A DNA stretch of 60,011 nt from an uncultured Clostridia bacterium. Its GTDB lineage: Bacteria; Bacillota; Clostridia; Christensenellales; CAG-138. The stretch is taken from positions 1 through 60,011 of the forward strand of contig CALCEX010000282.1 in assembly GCA_937900325.1 (NCBI GenBank). The letters run 5' to 3'. Under the pieces are notes generated by a model. That model did no database searches. It was not told where the DNA came from and saw only the letters and a list, made by a program, of their open reading frames with translations. The first letter of the stretch is position 1. Every line of letters begins with the position of its first letter. A program made the translations under genes and the position numbers. Positions 47,156 to 57,807 of this stretch are shown here, piece by piece.

Positions 47156-49285
47156 ATGCAGACCATAGCCGAGATACTTTCAAAGGAACTGAACGAAACG
47201 CTTCCGCACGTTCAGAACGTCATAGAGCTTTTGGACGGGGGCAATACGGTGCCCTTCATAGCCCGCTACCGCAAGGAGCTGCACGGCAGCATGGACGACC
47301 AGCAGATACGAAGGCTGGCGGACAGGCTTGCTTATCTCAGGAATCTCGACGCGAGGCGCGGCGAGATAAAGCAGAGCATCGCATCGCAGGAAAAGCTCAC
47401 CGGCGAGCTTTCATCGAAGCTGGACAGCGCCGCCACATTGGCGGAGCTTGAGGATCTATACAGGCCCTATAAGCCAAAACGCACCACAAGGGCGTCCATA
47501 GCCAAAGAAAAAGGCCTTATGCCCCTCGCCGCGAAGCTTCTCATGCAGGAGCCCGCCGCAGACCCCGTAAGCCTCGCGGAAAAATACGTAAACCCCGGCA
47601 GGGGCGTGAATACCGCCGGCGAAGCCCTGTCCGGCGCGCGCGATATAATCGCCGAGCGGCTGTCGGATTCCGCCGATATCCGCCGCCATATAAAGGAGCT
47701 CGCCCGCAGCTCGGGGACCATATCCGCCGCGAAGGCGGCGGACGCGCCGGAGGACAACGGAGTATACGATATGTACTCCGACTTTTCCGAGAGCCTCTCC
47801 ACCATACCCGGATACAGGGTGCTGGCCATAAACCGGGGCGAAAAGGAGGGCTTCCTTAAGGTTTCGGTAAGCATTCCGGAGGAAGGCGCCCTCCGCATAG
47901 TGGCAGGCAGCGTCGTAAAGGGGAGCTGCCCCTGCTCAGGGCAGGTAGAGGCCGCGGCAAAGGACGCCTGGAGCAGGCTGATATATCCCTCCGTTTCCCG
48001 GGAGCTGCGCTCCATGCTGACCGACGCCGCCAGCGAACAGGCCATAGCCACCTTTGCCGTGAACCTGAAGCCGCTGCTGATGCAGCCCCCCGTAAAGGGC
48101 ATGGTGACCATGGGGCTGGACCCGGGCTACCGCACCGGCTGTAAGGTGGCGGTAGTGGACGAGACGGGCAAGGTGCTGGATACCGCGGTCATATACCCCG
48201 CGCCGCCCCACAATAAAATAGCCGAGGCGGAGCGCATCGTAACGGCGCTTATAAAAAAGCACAACGTCGGGGTCATATCCATAGGCAACGGCACCGCCGG
48301 GCGCGAAACGGAAAAATTCGCCGCGGACGTCGTAAAGGGTACGGAGGTAAAATACGTTATAGTCAGCGAGGCGGGGGCGTCGGTGTATTCCGCCAGCAGG
48401 CTGGGCGCGGAGGAATTCCCGGATTACGACGTGTCGCTCCGGAGCGCAGTTTCCATCGCCAGAAGGCTGCAGGACCCGTTGGCGGAGCTTGTAAAGATAG
48501 ACCCGAAGAGCATAGGCGTGGGCCAGTACCAGCACGATATGCCCCAGAAGCGGCTGGATGAAACGCTGGAGGGCGTGGTGGAGGACTGCGTGAACAGCGT
48601 CGGCGTGGACCTGAACACCGCGTCGGCGTCCCTCCTTTCCCACGTTTCCGGCATAAACTCAGCCGTGGCGAAGAACATCGTAGCCTACCGCGAGGCCGAA
48701 GGGGCCTTCAGGAGCCGCAGGGAGCTTCTCAGGGTACCCAAGCTCGGCGCAAAGGCATACGAGCAGTGCGCGGGCTTTTTAAGGGTGCCGGAAAGCGCCG
48801 AGCTGCTCGACAACACCGCCGTCCACCCGGAGAGCTACAAGGCGGCAAGGTCGCTGCTCCTGCTCTGCGGCGGCGATATATCAAGGCTGCCCGGCGAGCT
48901 TGAAAGGATAGGCATGGACAGGGCCGCCGGGGAATGCGGCATAGGCGTGCCCACGCTAAGGGATATACTCGCCGAGCTGCAAAAGCCGGGCCGCGACCCC
49001 CGGGACGAGCTGCCAAAGCCTCTGCTGCGCAGCGACGTGATGGAGATGAGCGACCTTATGCCGGGCATGGAGCTTACCGGCACCGTGCGCAACATAGTGG
49101 ATTTCGGGGCGTTCGTGGATATAGGCGTGCATCAGGACGGCCTCCTGCACATATCGAGGATATGCGACAGATTCATACGCCACCCCAGCGAGGTGCTAAA
49201 GCCCGGGGACATAGTGACCGTATGGGTGCTCGAGGTGGATCAGAAGAAAAAGCGCATAAGCCTGACGATGAAAAAACCGCAGTAA
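47156..49285 (+). CDS. tex: Tex-like transcription accessory protein with S1 RNA-binding domain
   Basis: ATG at 47156. N-terminal motif VPFIARYRKE, YqgF-like core, C-terminal S1 domain. Confidence 0.92.
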   Translation: MQTIAEILSKELNETLPHVQNVIELLDGGNTVPFIARYRKELHGSMDDQQIRRLADRLAYLRNLDARRGEIKQSIASQEKLTGELSSKLDSAATLAELEDLYRPYKPKRTTRASIAKEKGLMPLAAKLLMQEPAADPVSLAEKYVNPGRGVNTAGEALSGARDIIAERLSDSADIRRHIKELARSSGTISAAKAADAPEDNGVYDMYSDFSESLSTIPGYRVLAINRGEKEGFLKVSVSIPEEGALRIVAGSVVKGSCPCSGQVEAAAKDAWSRLIYPSVSRELRSMLTDAASEQAIATFAVNLKPLLMQPPVKGMVTMGLDPGYRTGCKVAVVDETGKVLDTAVIYPAPPHNKIAEAERIVTALIKKHNVGVISIGNGTAGRETEKFAADVVKGTEVKYVIVSEAGASVYSASRLGAEEFPDYDVSLRSAVSIARRLQDPLAELVKIDPKSIGVGQYQHDMPQKRLDETLEGVVEDCVNSVGVDLNTASASLLSHVSGINSAVAKNIVAYREAEGAFRSRRELLRVPKLGAKAYEQCAGFLRVPESAELLDNTAVHPESYKAARSLLLLCGGDISRLPGELERIGMDRAAGECGIGVPTLRDILAELQKPGRDPRDELPKPLLRSDVMEMSDLMPGMELTGTVRNIVDFGAFVDIGVHQDGLLHISRICDRFIRHPSEVLKPGDIVTVWVLEVDQKKKRISLTMKKPQ

Positions 49286-49293
49286 TAAATAAA

Positions 49294-49331
49294 AAGGAAC
49301 GGCAAAAATCCGTTCCTTTTGAATTTTGTAT
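49294..49331. terminator. Bidirectional terminator between tex and gltX
   Basis: AAGGAACGG...CCGTTCCTT with flanking A and T tracts. Confidence 0.75.
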
Positions 49332-49338
49332 TATTTTA

Positions 49339-50784
49339 TTATTGAAGCTTTTCCAGTCCCAGCTTCAGCCTTCTCAGCGTCTCCTCCCTGCCCAGCAGCA
49401 CGCCTATCTCTATTGCGCCGCCGGGGGTGACGGCCTTGCCCGCCATGGCTATGCGCACGGGCCAGAGCAGCGTGCCGTTCTTCATTCCCTTTTCGGCGGC
49501 CATGCCCATGAGGGTATCGTGGAGCAGCTGCTCGTTCCAGCCGGGCAGCGCCTCCAGCACGGGAATGACCATTTCAAGCACTTCTTTTGCTACGGTGCTG
49601 TCCGTCTTGCTCTTCTTGTTGGTGAAAAGGGCCGTGTCGTAGCCCTCGTCAAGCTCAGTCAGGAAATCCACCATACCGGGTATCTCGTTGAATACCCGCA
49701 CCCGCTGCTGGAGTATCCTGCAAAGTATATCCGTATCCATATGGGCTATGCCCGCCTTCTCGTACCACGGCATGGCGTGCCTTGTGAATTCCTCTTTTGA
49801 AAGGGCCATTATGTACTGGGCATTCATCCAGGTCAGCTTTTCCGGGTCGAATATTGCCGGGGACTTGCTCATGCCGGAAACGTCGAAGGCCTCGCACAGC
49901 TCCGGAAGGGAGAATATCTCCCTGTCGTCCCCGGGGTTCCAGCCAAGGAGCGCCACATAGTTCACCAGCGCCTCTTTAAGGTAGCCCTTATCTACAAAAT
50001 CCGCATAGGAGGCGTCGCCGTCCCGCTTTGAAAGCTTGTGCTGCGCGTCCCTCATTATGGGAGTCATGTGGATATAGTGAGGTATCTCCCAGCCGAAGGC
50101 CTCGTAAAGAAGGTTGTATTTCGGCGTGGAGGAGAGATACTCCATTCCCCGCATTACATGGGATATCTTCATGAGGTGGTCGTCCACCACGTTTGCGAAG
50201 TTGTATGTAGGCATTCCGTCCGCCTTGATGAGTATGCTGTCGTCAAGGTCGGAATTGTTCACCGTGATGGTGCCGAACACCATGTCGGTAAAGCTGGTCG
50301 TACCCTCCAGCGGCACGTTCTGGCGGATAACATAAGGTACGCCCGCATCCAGCTTCGCCTTTATCTCTTCCTTTGAAAGATGCAGGCAGTGCTTATCGTA
50401 CTTGAAGGTCTCGCCCCTCGCGGCAGCCGCCGCGCGCCGCTCCTCCAGCTCTTCCCTGGTGCAGAAGCAGCGGTAGGCGTGGCCGCTGTTTATAAGCTGC
50501 TCCGCAAAAGGCAGATATATGCTCTTTCTCTCGCTCTGAACGTAGGGGCCGTATTCCCCGCCGATGTCGGGGCCCTCGTCCCAGTTCATGCCCACGTCCT
50601 TGAGGGTGCGGTATATGAGTTCGGTCGCGCCCTCCACATATCTTTCCTGGTCCGTATCCTCTATGCGCAGCAGGAACCTGCCATGGTTATGGCGGGCAAA
50701 AAGATAGGCATAAAGGCCGCTGCGAAGATTTCCTATGTGCATATATCCCGTAGGCGACGGGGCAAAGCGTGTGCGTACTTCCAT
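49339..50784 (-). CDS. gltX: Glutamate--tRNA ligase
   Basis: ORF 49339..50784. N-terminal PSPTGYMHIGN; KMSKS-like KLSKR. Confidence 0.94.
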   Translation of the reverse strand: MEVRTRFAPSPTGYMHIGNLRSGLYAYLFARHNHGRFLLRIEDTDQERYVEGATELIYRTLKDVGMNWDEGPDIGGEYGPYVQSERKSIYLPFAEQLINSGHAYRCFCTREELEERRAAAAARGETFKYDKHCLHLSKEEIKAKLDAGVPYVIRQNVPLEGTTSFTDMVFGTITVNNSDLDDSILIKADGMPTYNFANVVDDHLMKISHVMRGMEYLSSTPKYNLLYEAFGWEIPHYIHMTPIMRDAQHKLSKRDGDASYADFVDKGYLKEALVNYVALLGWNPGDDREIFSLPELCEAFDVSGMSKSPAIFDPEKLTWMNAQYIMALSKEEFTRHAMPWYEKAGIAHMDTDILCRILQQRVRVFNEIPGMVDFLTELDEGYDTALFTNKKSKTDSTVAKEVLEMVIPVLEALPGWNEQLLHDTLMGMAAEKGMKNGTLLWPVRIAMAGKAVTPGGAIEIGVLLGREETLRRLKLGLEKLQ

Positions 50785-50807
50785 AAATGTTCCCCTTCCT
50801 GTTCCTC

Positions 50808-52448
50808 TTATGCCTTAAAGCTGTCCTTAAGGCCTACTATCCTGTTGAATACCGGATGCTCCGCCGTATAGTCGGGGTCGGCGCAGAAGTAGCCGGTGCG
50901 CATGAACTGGCAGCGGTAGCCTGGCTCCTTTTGCGCAAGCTCGGGCTCTATCAGGGCGTTGACCACCGTAAGCGAATTCGGATTGAGCCGCTCGGTAAAG
51001 TCCTTTTCCTCGCCCTCCGCCTCGGGCAGCAGCAGGTCCTCATAAAGGCGTACCTCGGCGGGCCTTGCGTCATTGGCGTTGAGCCAGTGTATCGTTCCCT
51101 TTATCTTGCGCTCGCACTCGCCGCCCTTTGTCTCCGGGTCGTAGGTGCAGTACACGGCGGTGACTCTGCCGTTTTCATCCGTATCCCAGCGGGAGCATTT
51201 GACGACATATGCGCCCTTGAGGCGCACCTCCCCGCCGGGCTTGAGGCGGAAATATTTCTTTGGCGCGTCGCAGTTGAAGTCCTCCCGCTCTATGTAAAGC
51301 TCCCGTCCGAAGCTGACCCTGCGCCTGCCCGTGGAGCAATCCGGCAGGTATTCCACCTCCGCCTCCTCGGTCTTGCCCTCCGGCCAGTTCTCAACGATAA
51401 GCTTGAGGGGATCCAGTATGGCCATCATGCGGGGGGCGTGGGCGTTAAGGTCCTCCCTTACGCAGTGCTCCAGCATGGCCGTTTCGACCACGGAATCCGC
51501 CTTGGCGACGCCTACCCTGCCCATGAAGTCCCGTATGGAGGCGGGGGTGTAGCCCCTGCGCCTGAGCCCGCACAGCGTCGGCATACGGGGATCGTCCCAG
51601 CCGGAAACGTATTTTTCCTCCACCAGCCTGCGGAGATACCGCTTGCTCATTATGGTATTGGTTATGTTCAGCCGGGCGAACTCTATCTGCCTCGGCTTGT
51701 TCTGGAAGCCGCAGTTGTCTATTACCCAGTTGTAAAGCGGCCTGTGCGCCTCGAACTCCAGCGAACACAGGGAATGGGTCACGCCCTCTATGGCGTCCTG
51801 TATTGGATGGGCAAAGTCGTACATGGGGTATATGCACCACTTATCCCCCTGCCTGTGGTGGCGCATATGCAGTATGCGGTACATGGCGGGATCCCGCATA
51901 TTGAGGTTTGGGGAGGCCATGTCTATCTTGGCGCGCAGCGTCCTGCTGCCGTCCGGGAATTCGCCCTTCTTCATGCGCTCAAAGAGATCGAGGTTCTCCT
52001 CGACGCTCCTGTTCCGCCAGGGGGAATTCCTGCCCGGCTCGGTGAGCGTGCCGCGGTATTCCCGCATCTCGTCCTTGTTGAGATCGCACACATAGGCCTT
52101 GCCGTCCTTTATGAGCTTTACCGCAAGCTCATAGCAGGTGTCGAAATAGTCGGAGCCGTAGCATATCCTGGCCCAATGGAAGCCCAGCCAGGATATATCC
52201 TTCTCTATGGCGTCCACAAATTCCTCGTCCTCCTTGGTGGGATTGGTGTCGTCAAAGCGGAGGTTGCAGTCCCCGCCGAACTCCTCCGCCATGGAAAAGT
52301 CTATGGTCAGCGCCTTGACGTGGCCTATGTGCAGATAGCCGTTCGGCTCGGGCGGGAAGCGGGTACGTATGTGGGTAAGGCCCTTTTCCCTTATGTCCTC
52401 TTCGATGAATTCCTCGATAAAGTTCTTTGGCGTGCGCATTTCTTCCAT
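50808..52448 (-). CDS. glnS: Glutamine--tRNA ligase
   Basis: ORF 50808..52448. Motifs [11 protein letters not shown] and IMSKR, plus the GlnRS-type C-terminal anticodon-binding region. Confidence 0.93.
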   Translation of the reverse strand: MEEMRTPKNFIEEFIEEDIREKGLTHIRTRFPPEPNGYLHIGHVKALTIDFSMAEEFGGDCNLRFDDTNPTKEDEEFVDAIEKDISWLGFHWARICYGSDYFDTCYELAVKLIKDGKAYVCDLNKDEMREYRGTLTEPGRNSPWRNRSVEENLDLFERMKKGEFPDGSRTLRAKIDMASPNLNMRDPAMYRILHMRHHRQGDKWCIYPMYDFAHPIQDAIEGVTHSLCSLEFEAHRPLYNWVIDNCGFQNKPRQIEFARLNITNTIMSKRYLRRLVEEKYVSGWDDPRMPTLCGLRRRGYTPASIRDFMGRVGVAKADSVVETAMLEHCVREDLNAHAPRMMAILDPLKLIVENWPEGKTEEAEVEYLPDCSTGRRRVSFGRELYIEREDFNCDAPKKYFRLKPGGEVRLKGAYVVKCSRWDTDENGRVTAVYCTYDPETKGGECERKIKGTIHWLNANDARPAEVRLYEDLLLPEAEGEEKDFTERLNPNSLTVVNALIEPELAQKEPGYRCQFMRTGYFCADPDYTAEHPVFNRIVGLKDSFKA

Positions 52449-52589
52449 GGTTATACAAAAGCCCTTTCAGTAAGCATTAAATAATCGGCATTATCTACGT
52501 ATCATAATATTATCCTTCAATATGGGGGTGATGTCAATAAAAAACGGCGGAAAAGCCTTACTTCCCGCCGCATCCGGGTCTGCCGCGCC

Positions 52590-52844
52590 CTATGCGTTTT
52601 TCTTCATGGCGTCCTTCAGCAGCCGGGCAAGCTGATCCGAGCAGGAGGTAGCCTTGCAGCCGCAGGTTATGCCGCTAAGGCGGCGTATGACCTCATTGGC
52701 GTCGGCGCCCTCGCACATCGCCCCCAGAGCTTTAAGGTTTCCGTTGCAGCCGCCGGTATATTTCAGGTTGTGTATCTTTCCGTCCGTTACGTCCAGGTCT
52801 ATCCGGGTAGAGCATACTCCCTTCGGGTAAAGCGTGTAATGCAT
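52590..52844 (-). CDS. TSCPD-domain small protein (TIGR03905-like)
   Basis: ORF 52590..52844. 84 aa with motifs GGCNGNLKA and CGCKATSCSDQLA. Confidence 0.8.
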   Translation of the reverse strand: MHYTLYPKGVCSTRIDLDVTDGKIHNLKYTGGCNGNLKALGAMCEGADANEVIRRLSGITCGCKATSCSDQLARLLKDAMKKNA

Positions 52845-53081
52845 TTTAAAATGTCCTTTCTCTTCCGTATATTTTCCTTTGTTTTATCAGCCTGCCAAAA
52901 ACTTGAGGTTGTTAAGGGGCCGCAGCCCCTTAAGCTTTTTCCGGCTTTGACGACATGTGCGTCAAAACGGATAAAAACCGAAGGTTTTTCTTCTCTGCGG
53001 GTTTTGCCGCCCGGGAACGAATGTGAGAGGCAAAACCCGAAAGAAGCTCGCAAAAGTGGTCTTGCCACTTTTGCGAAATGA

Positions 53082-53900
53082 TTATATGCTGCCTTCGAAT
53101 ACTTCCTCCGCAGGGCCGGTCATATAAATATGCCCGTTTTCCGCCCATTCTATCAAAAGCTCGCCAAGGGCAAGGCGCACCCTGACCCTGCGCCCCGCAA
53201 GGCCCGCCAAACTTGCGCATACCGCGGCGGCGCAGCTTCCGGTGCCGCAGGCCAGCGTCCTGCCGCAGCCCCTTTCCCATGTGCGTACAGAGAGGCTGCC
53301 GTCCGGCTCCGCCTTTACGAAATTCACGTTCACCCCGGCGGGGAAAAGCGGGTGCCTTTCAAGCGCCGGGCCGTATCTGAGTATTTCCTCCTCTGTGGCC
53401 TCCCCGAACACCGCTATGTGCGGCACGCCGGTGTTGACGGCGGAGACGGTGAAGCTCCTGCCCCGCGCATCTATGGTTTCGAGGCGGCATATCCCCTCGC
53501 CCTCCATGGGTATATCCTTCTTTTCAAGCAGCGGCTCCCCCATATCCACCCTTACGGCGGCGACGGCGCCGCCCTCCCGTATCAGCTCCGCCAGCCTTAT
53601 GCCCGCCGGCGTTTCTATTTTTATCGGGTTTGACCTGGCCAGGCCCCGCTCATACGCGAACTTCGCGAAGCAGCGTATGCCGTTTCCGCACATCTCGGCG
53701 ACGCTGCCGTCGCTGTTGAGAAGGCGCATTTGCAGATCCGCCCTTTGAGAGGGCATTACCATCAGCAGCCCGTCCGCCCCTATGCCGGCGCGCCTGTCGC
53801 AGAGGCGGCGCGCATCGTCCGGTGTAGGGAAATATCCGCCCCCGGTGGCGTCCGTCACTATGAAGTCGTTGCCCAGCCCATGCATCTTGGTAAATATCAC
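53082..53900 (-). CDS. dapF: Diaminopimelate epimerase
   Basis: ORF 53082..53900. N-terminal motif HGLGNDF. Catalytic Cys motifs MCGNGIRC and ACGTGSCA. Confidence 0.93.
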   Translation of the reverse strand: MIFTKMHGLGNDFIVTDATGGGYFPTPDDARRLCDRRAGIGADGLLMVMPSQRADLQMRLLNSDGSVAEMCGNGIRCFAKFAYERGLARSNPIKIETPAGIRLAELIREGGAVAAVRVDMGEPLLEKKDIPMEGEGICRLETIDARGRSFTVSAVNTGVPHIAVFGEATEEEILRYGPALERHPLFPAGVNVNFVKAEPDGSLSVRTWERGCGRTLACGTGSCAAAVCASLAGLAGRRVRVRLALGELLIEWAENGHIYMTGPAEEVFEGSI

Positions 53901-54095
53901 GGCTCGCCCTCCTCTGCCGAAAACAGCCTGCGTATTTTATTTATTATACCCGCAGCGCCGCCCTCTGGCAATGCCTCCATGGAGGGGCGAATTGTGAATA
54001 AACCGGGGCTTTAACGGATAATTCACAGGGTATGTATGTACAATTCGGGCATTTTGGATTATTATTTAATGTGGATTATTAAAATGGAGATGTAT

Positions 54096-55007
54096 ATGGA
54101 CAAATTGCATTTTATAGTAAACCCTGTTGCGGGCGGTACCAGCGCAATAGATAAGTTCGGCACCGTCAAAGGTATGCTGGACGATATGAAGGTCCCTTAT
54201 ACCTATGAGTTTACCCAATGCAAGGGCCACGGCAGGGAGCTTGCCAGGTCTGCCGTGGAGCATGGTGAAAAGTATATAATAGCCGTGGGCGGCGACGGCA
54301 CGGTGAACGAAGTGGCTTCCGCCCTTGCGGGTACCGGTTCGGTGATGGGCATACTGCCCTTCGGCACGGGAAACGACATGGTAAAGGTGCTGGGGATACC
54401 CACCGAGCCACGCGAGGCGTTAAACGTCATATTGGCGGACAGGCCGAGGGCAATGGACGCGGGATACGTAAACGACAAATTTTTCGTGAACGTGTCGGGC
54501 TTCGGGTTTGACGTGGACGTGCTGCTCAAGCACGAAAAATATAAAAAACGCTTCAGGGGGATGCTGCCTTACCTTTTCGGCATAGTCGATGCCCTAACCC
54601 ATCTTCGTACCCTGCACCTGACGCTGCACGACGGCGAGCGGACATGGAAGAAGGACGCGCTGATAGTATCGGTAGGCAACGGCGCGTACATAGGCGGCGG
54701 CATGAAGGCGACGCCCTTCGCCGATCCCTTCGACGGGCTTTTTGAGGTGAGCGTGATAAGCAGCATAAGCAGGGCAAAGTTCTTAAGGCTGCTCCCCTCC
54801 TTCATAAAGGGCAGGCATACCGGGCTTCCCGAGGTGGAATACTTCCGCACAAAGGAGCTTTATGTGGAATGCCCCGAGGAATGCCTGATAAACTACGACG
54901 GCGAGCTGGGCTCCGGAATGCCCGCGAGGTACAGGATAGTGCCCGGCGCAGTAAATATGCTGGTACCGCAGGATACGGCAAAGGCAAATACAGAAGAAAA
55001 GAAGTAA
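54096..55007 (+). CDS. Diacylglycerol kinase-family lipid kinase (YegS/DagK-like), paralog 1
   Basis: ATG at 54096 after GGAGA. Motifs NPVAGG, GGDGTVNEV and LPFGTGND. Confidence 0.85.
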   Translation: MDKLHFIVNPVAGGTSAIDKFGTVKGMLDDMKVPYTYEFTQCKGHGRELARSAVEHGEKYIIAVGGDGTVNEVASALAGTGSVMGILPFGTGNDMVKVLGIPTEPREALNVILADRPRAMDAGYVNDKFFVNVSGFGFDVDVLLKHEKYKKRFRGMLPYLFGIVDALTHLRTLHLTLHDGERTWKKDALIVSVGNGAYIGGGMKATPFADPFDGLFEVSVISSISRAKFLRLLPSFIKGRHTGLPEVEYFRTKELYVECPEECLINYDGELGSGMPARYRIVPGAVNMLVPQDTAKANTEEKK

Positions 55008-55017
55008 AGACCTTACA

Positions 55018-55911
55018 ATGTGCGATCGTTTTTTCGTAGTGAACCCGGCGTCCGGCTCCGGCAGGGCAAGGAAGCTTTTTGAGGGGCTGCTTCCGCAGAT
55101 AGAAAAAAGCGGCTTGAGCTTCGAGTGGCGGTATACCACCGGCAAGGGCCATGCGAAAGAGCTGGCGGAGGAGGCCGCAAAAAGAGGCTGCCGGCGGGTG
55201 ATATCCGTTGGCGGCGACGGCACCGCCAACGAGGTAGCCGGGGCGCTTATAGGCTCGGATACCGAGATGGGGATACTCCCCTTCGGCACGGGCAACGACT
55301 TCGCAAAGGCCGTGGGCCTGCCCGCCGATCCCGGCGCGGCGCTGAGGACGGCGCTTTATGGAGAGACGCAGTCAGTAGACGCCGCGACGGCAAACGACAG
55401 GCCCTTCATAAATGTCGGCGGCACCGGCTTCGATGTGGACGTGATACTCAACACCGAGAAATTCAAAAAGAGGTTCAACGGAATGCTGCCCTATATGCTT
55501 GGCATATTCCAGAGCCTTATGCACCTTAAGCCCGTCACCTTCCGGATAACGGCGGACGGGGAAAGCTTTACCGAGCGGGCGCTGCTCTTCAACGCCTGCA
55601 ACGGCACCCATTTCGCCGGGGGGATGCACGTTGCGCCCATGGCAAGCCCAAAGGACGGGCTGCTTGACGTATGCATACTCCGGGCAATAAGCGTACCGCA
55701 GTTTCTATTGCTTCTGCCCCGCTATACAAGGGGCGCGCACACGGCCTCAAGGCACATCCGCTACTTCAAGGCAAAGGAAATAACGGTAAGGTGCGACAGC
55801 GAAAACATAATCAACCTCGACGGGGAGCTGGATTCCTCCACCCCCGCAACATTCAGAGTATTGCCCGGGGCGATAAAGCTTGCGCTTCCGGGAGAAAAAG
55901 GGAACAGATGA
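55018..55911 (+). CDS. Diacylglycerol kinase-family lipid kinase, paralog 2
   Basis: ORF 55018..55911. Motifs NPASGSG, GGDGTANEV and LPFGTGND. Confidence 0.85.
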   Translation: MCDRFFVVNPASGSGRARKLFEGLLPQIEKSGLSFEWRYTTGKGHAKELAEEAAKRGCRRVISVGGDGTANEVAGALIGSDTEMGILPFGTGNDFAKAVGLPADPGAALRTALYGETQSVDAATANDRPFINVGGTGFDVDVILNTEKFKKRFNGMLPYMLGIFQSLMHLKPVTFRITADGESFTERALLFNACNGTHFAGGMHVAPMASPKDGLLDVCILRAISVPQFLLLLPRYTRGAHTASRHIRYFKAKEITVRCDSENIINLDGELDSSTPATFRVLPGAIKLALPGEKGNR

Positions 55912-57017
55912 GAAAGAAACGCTATGTTGTAAAGCAGCGCAGCCGCATGATACTGCGCATAGGCATACTGGCGCTGGGGGCGCTGCTGATATCAGGGCTG
56001 GTTTTCGGCCTCATACACCTGCTCAAAAGCACCAGGAAGGGCGCGAAGGAGCTTACGGAGCTTCCCTTTGCGGATACCGCCAACTACACCTATACCGGCT
56101 CCGGCTTTCTTTACTTTCAGGATGGCAGGCTTTGCTATAATGATATAGCGGACAGCCGCAAGGATACCTCATACAAGATAAACACCGACGAGCTGAAGCT
56201 CACAGCCTCCGACAGCATATCGGTGCTGTACCATGATACGGCGGTGCAGATAGTGGGCTCGGACGCCCCCATAGCCATCTCCGGAAAGGTGCTTGGCGTA
56301 AAGTGCTCCCAGGCCCATGTAGCGGTTCTTAGTGAGGACAGCGCGGGCAAGACCGCCATAGTGATATACGACAGCACGGGGACGCAGACCGACCAGATGG
56401 ACTTTGACGCGGCCGACCTTATAGATTTCGGCTTTTCCGACAGGCAGGACGAAACATTATGGACGCTTGAGCTGGAGCTTTCCGCCTCCACGCCGGTATG
56501 CGCCGTTACCACCTACAACCTTGCCACCAAGCGCACCACCGGCGTAATAAACGTACAGGGCCAGCTGGTCGGAGACGTAATATTCACGGATAAAAGCCTG
56601 TTCCTTTCCTGCACGAGCGACCTTATACGCTATACGCTCTCGGGCAGCAGCGAGGCCTATCGCATATCCGTATACGGCTGGAAGCTGGCGGACAGCAGCA
56701 TAGGAGAATCCCCCATACTGCTTTATAAGCAGCGGGGAGGCAGCGACAGCATACTCAGGCTGTATACCGTACCCGAGGGTGACGTGGGCAGCGCCGCCAT
56801 AGGCACCGTACACCCGCCGGAGGGGGCTCTTGCGGAGTTTCTCATAAAGGGCAATCTCATGATATATACCCCTACCGCCGCATACACCTACTCCGCCGCC
56901 GGAAAGCTGCTCTCCACCGAGGAGCTGCCCATAGAGATAGACGGGGCGAAAAAGCTTTCCGATAACCACATAATGCTCAGCAGCGAAGGCAAGCTGTATG
57001 TCAGCGTGACCAAGTAG
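55908..57017 (+). CDS. Hypothetical membrane-anchored protein
   Basis: ATG at 55908 (ATGA overlap with the previous stop), within ORF 55671..57017. N-terminal TM segment ILRIGILALGALLISGLVFGLI. Confidence 0.65.
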   Translation: MRKKRYVVKQRSRMILRIGILALGALLISGLVFGLIHLLKSTRKGAKELTELPFADTANYTYTGSGFLYFQDGRLCYNDIADSRKDTSYKINTDELKLTASDSISVLYHDTAVQIVGSDAPIAISGKVLGVKCSQAHVAVLSEDSAGKTAIVIYDSTGTQTDQMDFDAADLIDFGFSDRQDETLWTLELELSASTPVCAVTTYNLATKRTTGVINVQGQLVGDVIFTDKSLFLSCTSDLIRYTLSGSSEAYRISVYGWKLADSSIGESPILLYKQRGGSDSILRLYTVPEGDVGSAAIGTVHPPEGALAEFLIKGNLMIYTPTAAYTYSAAGKLLSTEELPIEIDGAKKLSDNHIMLSSEGKLYVSVTK

Positions 57018-57080
57018 CATAAGGCCGTAAACGGCGCCGGGCTCTTTGCGGGGCAGGCCGATATAAAAGGAGGGAAAGCA

Positions 57081-57782
57081 TTGAACGTCATAGACGCGGT
57101 ATCCATATGTATATTGGTGCTGTTCGTACTCTCAGGCATATATAAGGGGTTTATTTCCACGCTGCTGAGCATAGGCGCGTACTTTGTTTCGGCAGCGCTG
57201 GGCTTCCTGCTCAAGCCCCTCGGGGCGAGCCTTATAAAGCACAGCGACAGCCTGTTCAATATGATGCTCTACTACACCGAGGGCAGCGAGTTTATCGCCA
57301 ACCCGGAATACGTCCGCATGGAAATATCCTCCCTCTCCACGGCGGAGATAAACGACATAATCGCCTCCTCCAATCTGCCCTTTCCAATGGGCAGGGAAAT
57401 CGCAAAAAACATCGCGCGGGAGGCCTTCGCGGATCAGGGCATAGTGACGCTTGGGGACTACTTCAACCAGACCATAGTGGGCGTATTCATAAACATACTG
57501 GTATTTCTGGCGTGCTTCATTACAATACGCGCGATACTCGCGCTGGTGATAAACGGGGCGGACTATGCCGATCCCTTCCCGATGCTCAGGAGCCACGACG
57601 GCATACTGGGCGGCGCGCTGGGCCTTTTGCGCGGAATGCTGGCGCTGCTGCTGATATTCATGCTGGTACCCATAGCGCTTACGGTGCTGGGGCAGTTTGA
57701 TCTTATAACCAGCATGGTGGACGACTCAGTGCTGGCCAGGGTGTTTTACCGGCTGAATCTGCTCATAAGCCTGGCGGCATAA
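57081..57782 (+). CDS. CvpA family membrane protein
   Basis: TTG start at 57081 after AAAGGAGGG. Four TM segments typical of CvpA. Confidence 0.75.
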   Translation: MNVIDAVSICILVLFVLSGIYKGFISTLLSIGAYFVSAALGFLLKPLGASLIKHSDSLFNMMLYYTEGSEFIANPEYVRMEISSLSTAEINDIIASSNLPFPMGREIAKNIAREAFADQGIVTLGDYFNQTIVGVFINILVFLACFITIRAILALVINGADYADPFPMLRSHDGILGGALGLLRGMLALLLIFMLVPIALTVLGQFDLITSMVDDSVLARVFYRLNLLISLAA

Positions 57783-57807
57783 AATAATTTACTCACCGGA
57801 GGAAACC

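Noticed and set aside
52930-53010. c-di-GMP-I (GEMM) riboswitch resemblance (GGCAAAACCC ... GACGCACATGTCGTCAAAGCC)
   Set aside because: Only two short strings resemble the consensus. The GNRA tetraloop/receptor arrangement and stem layout do not fit.
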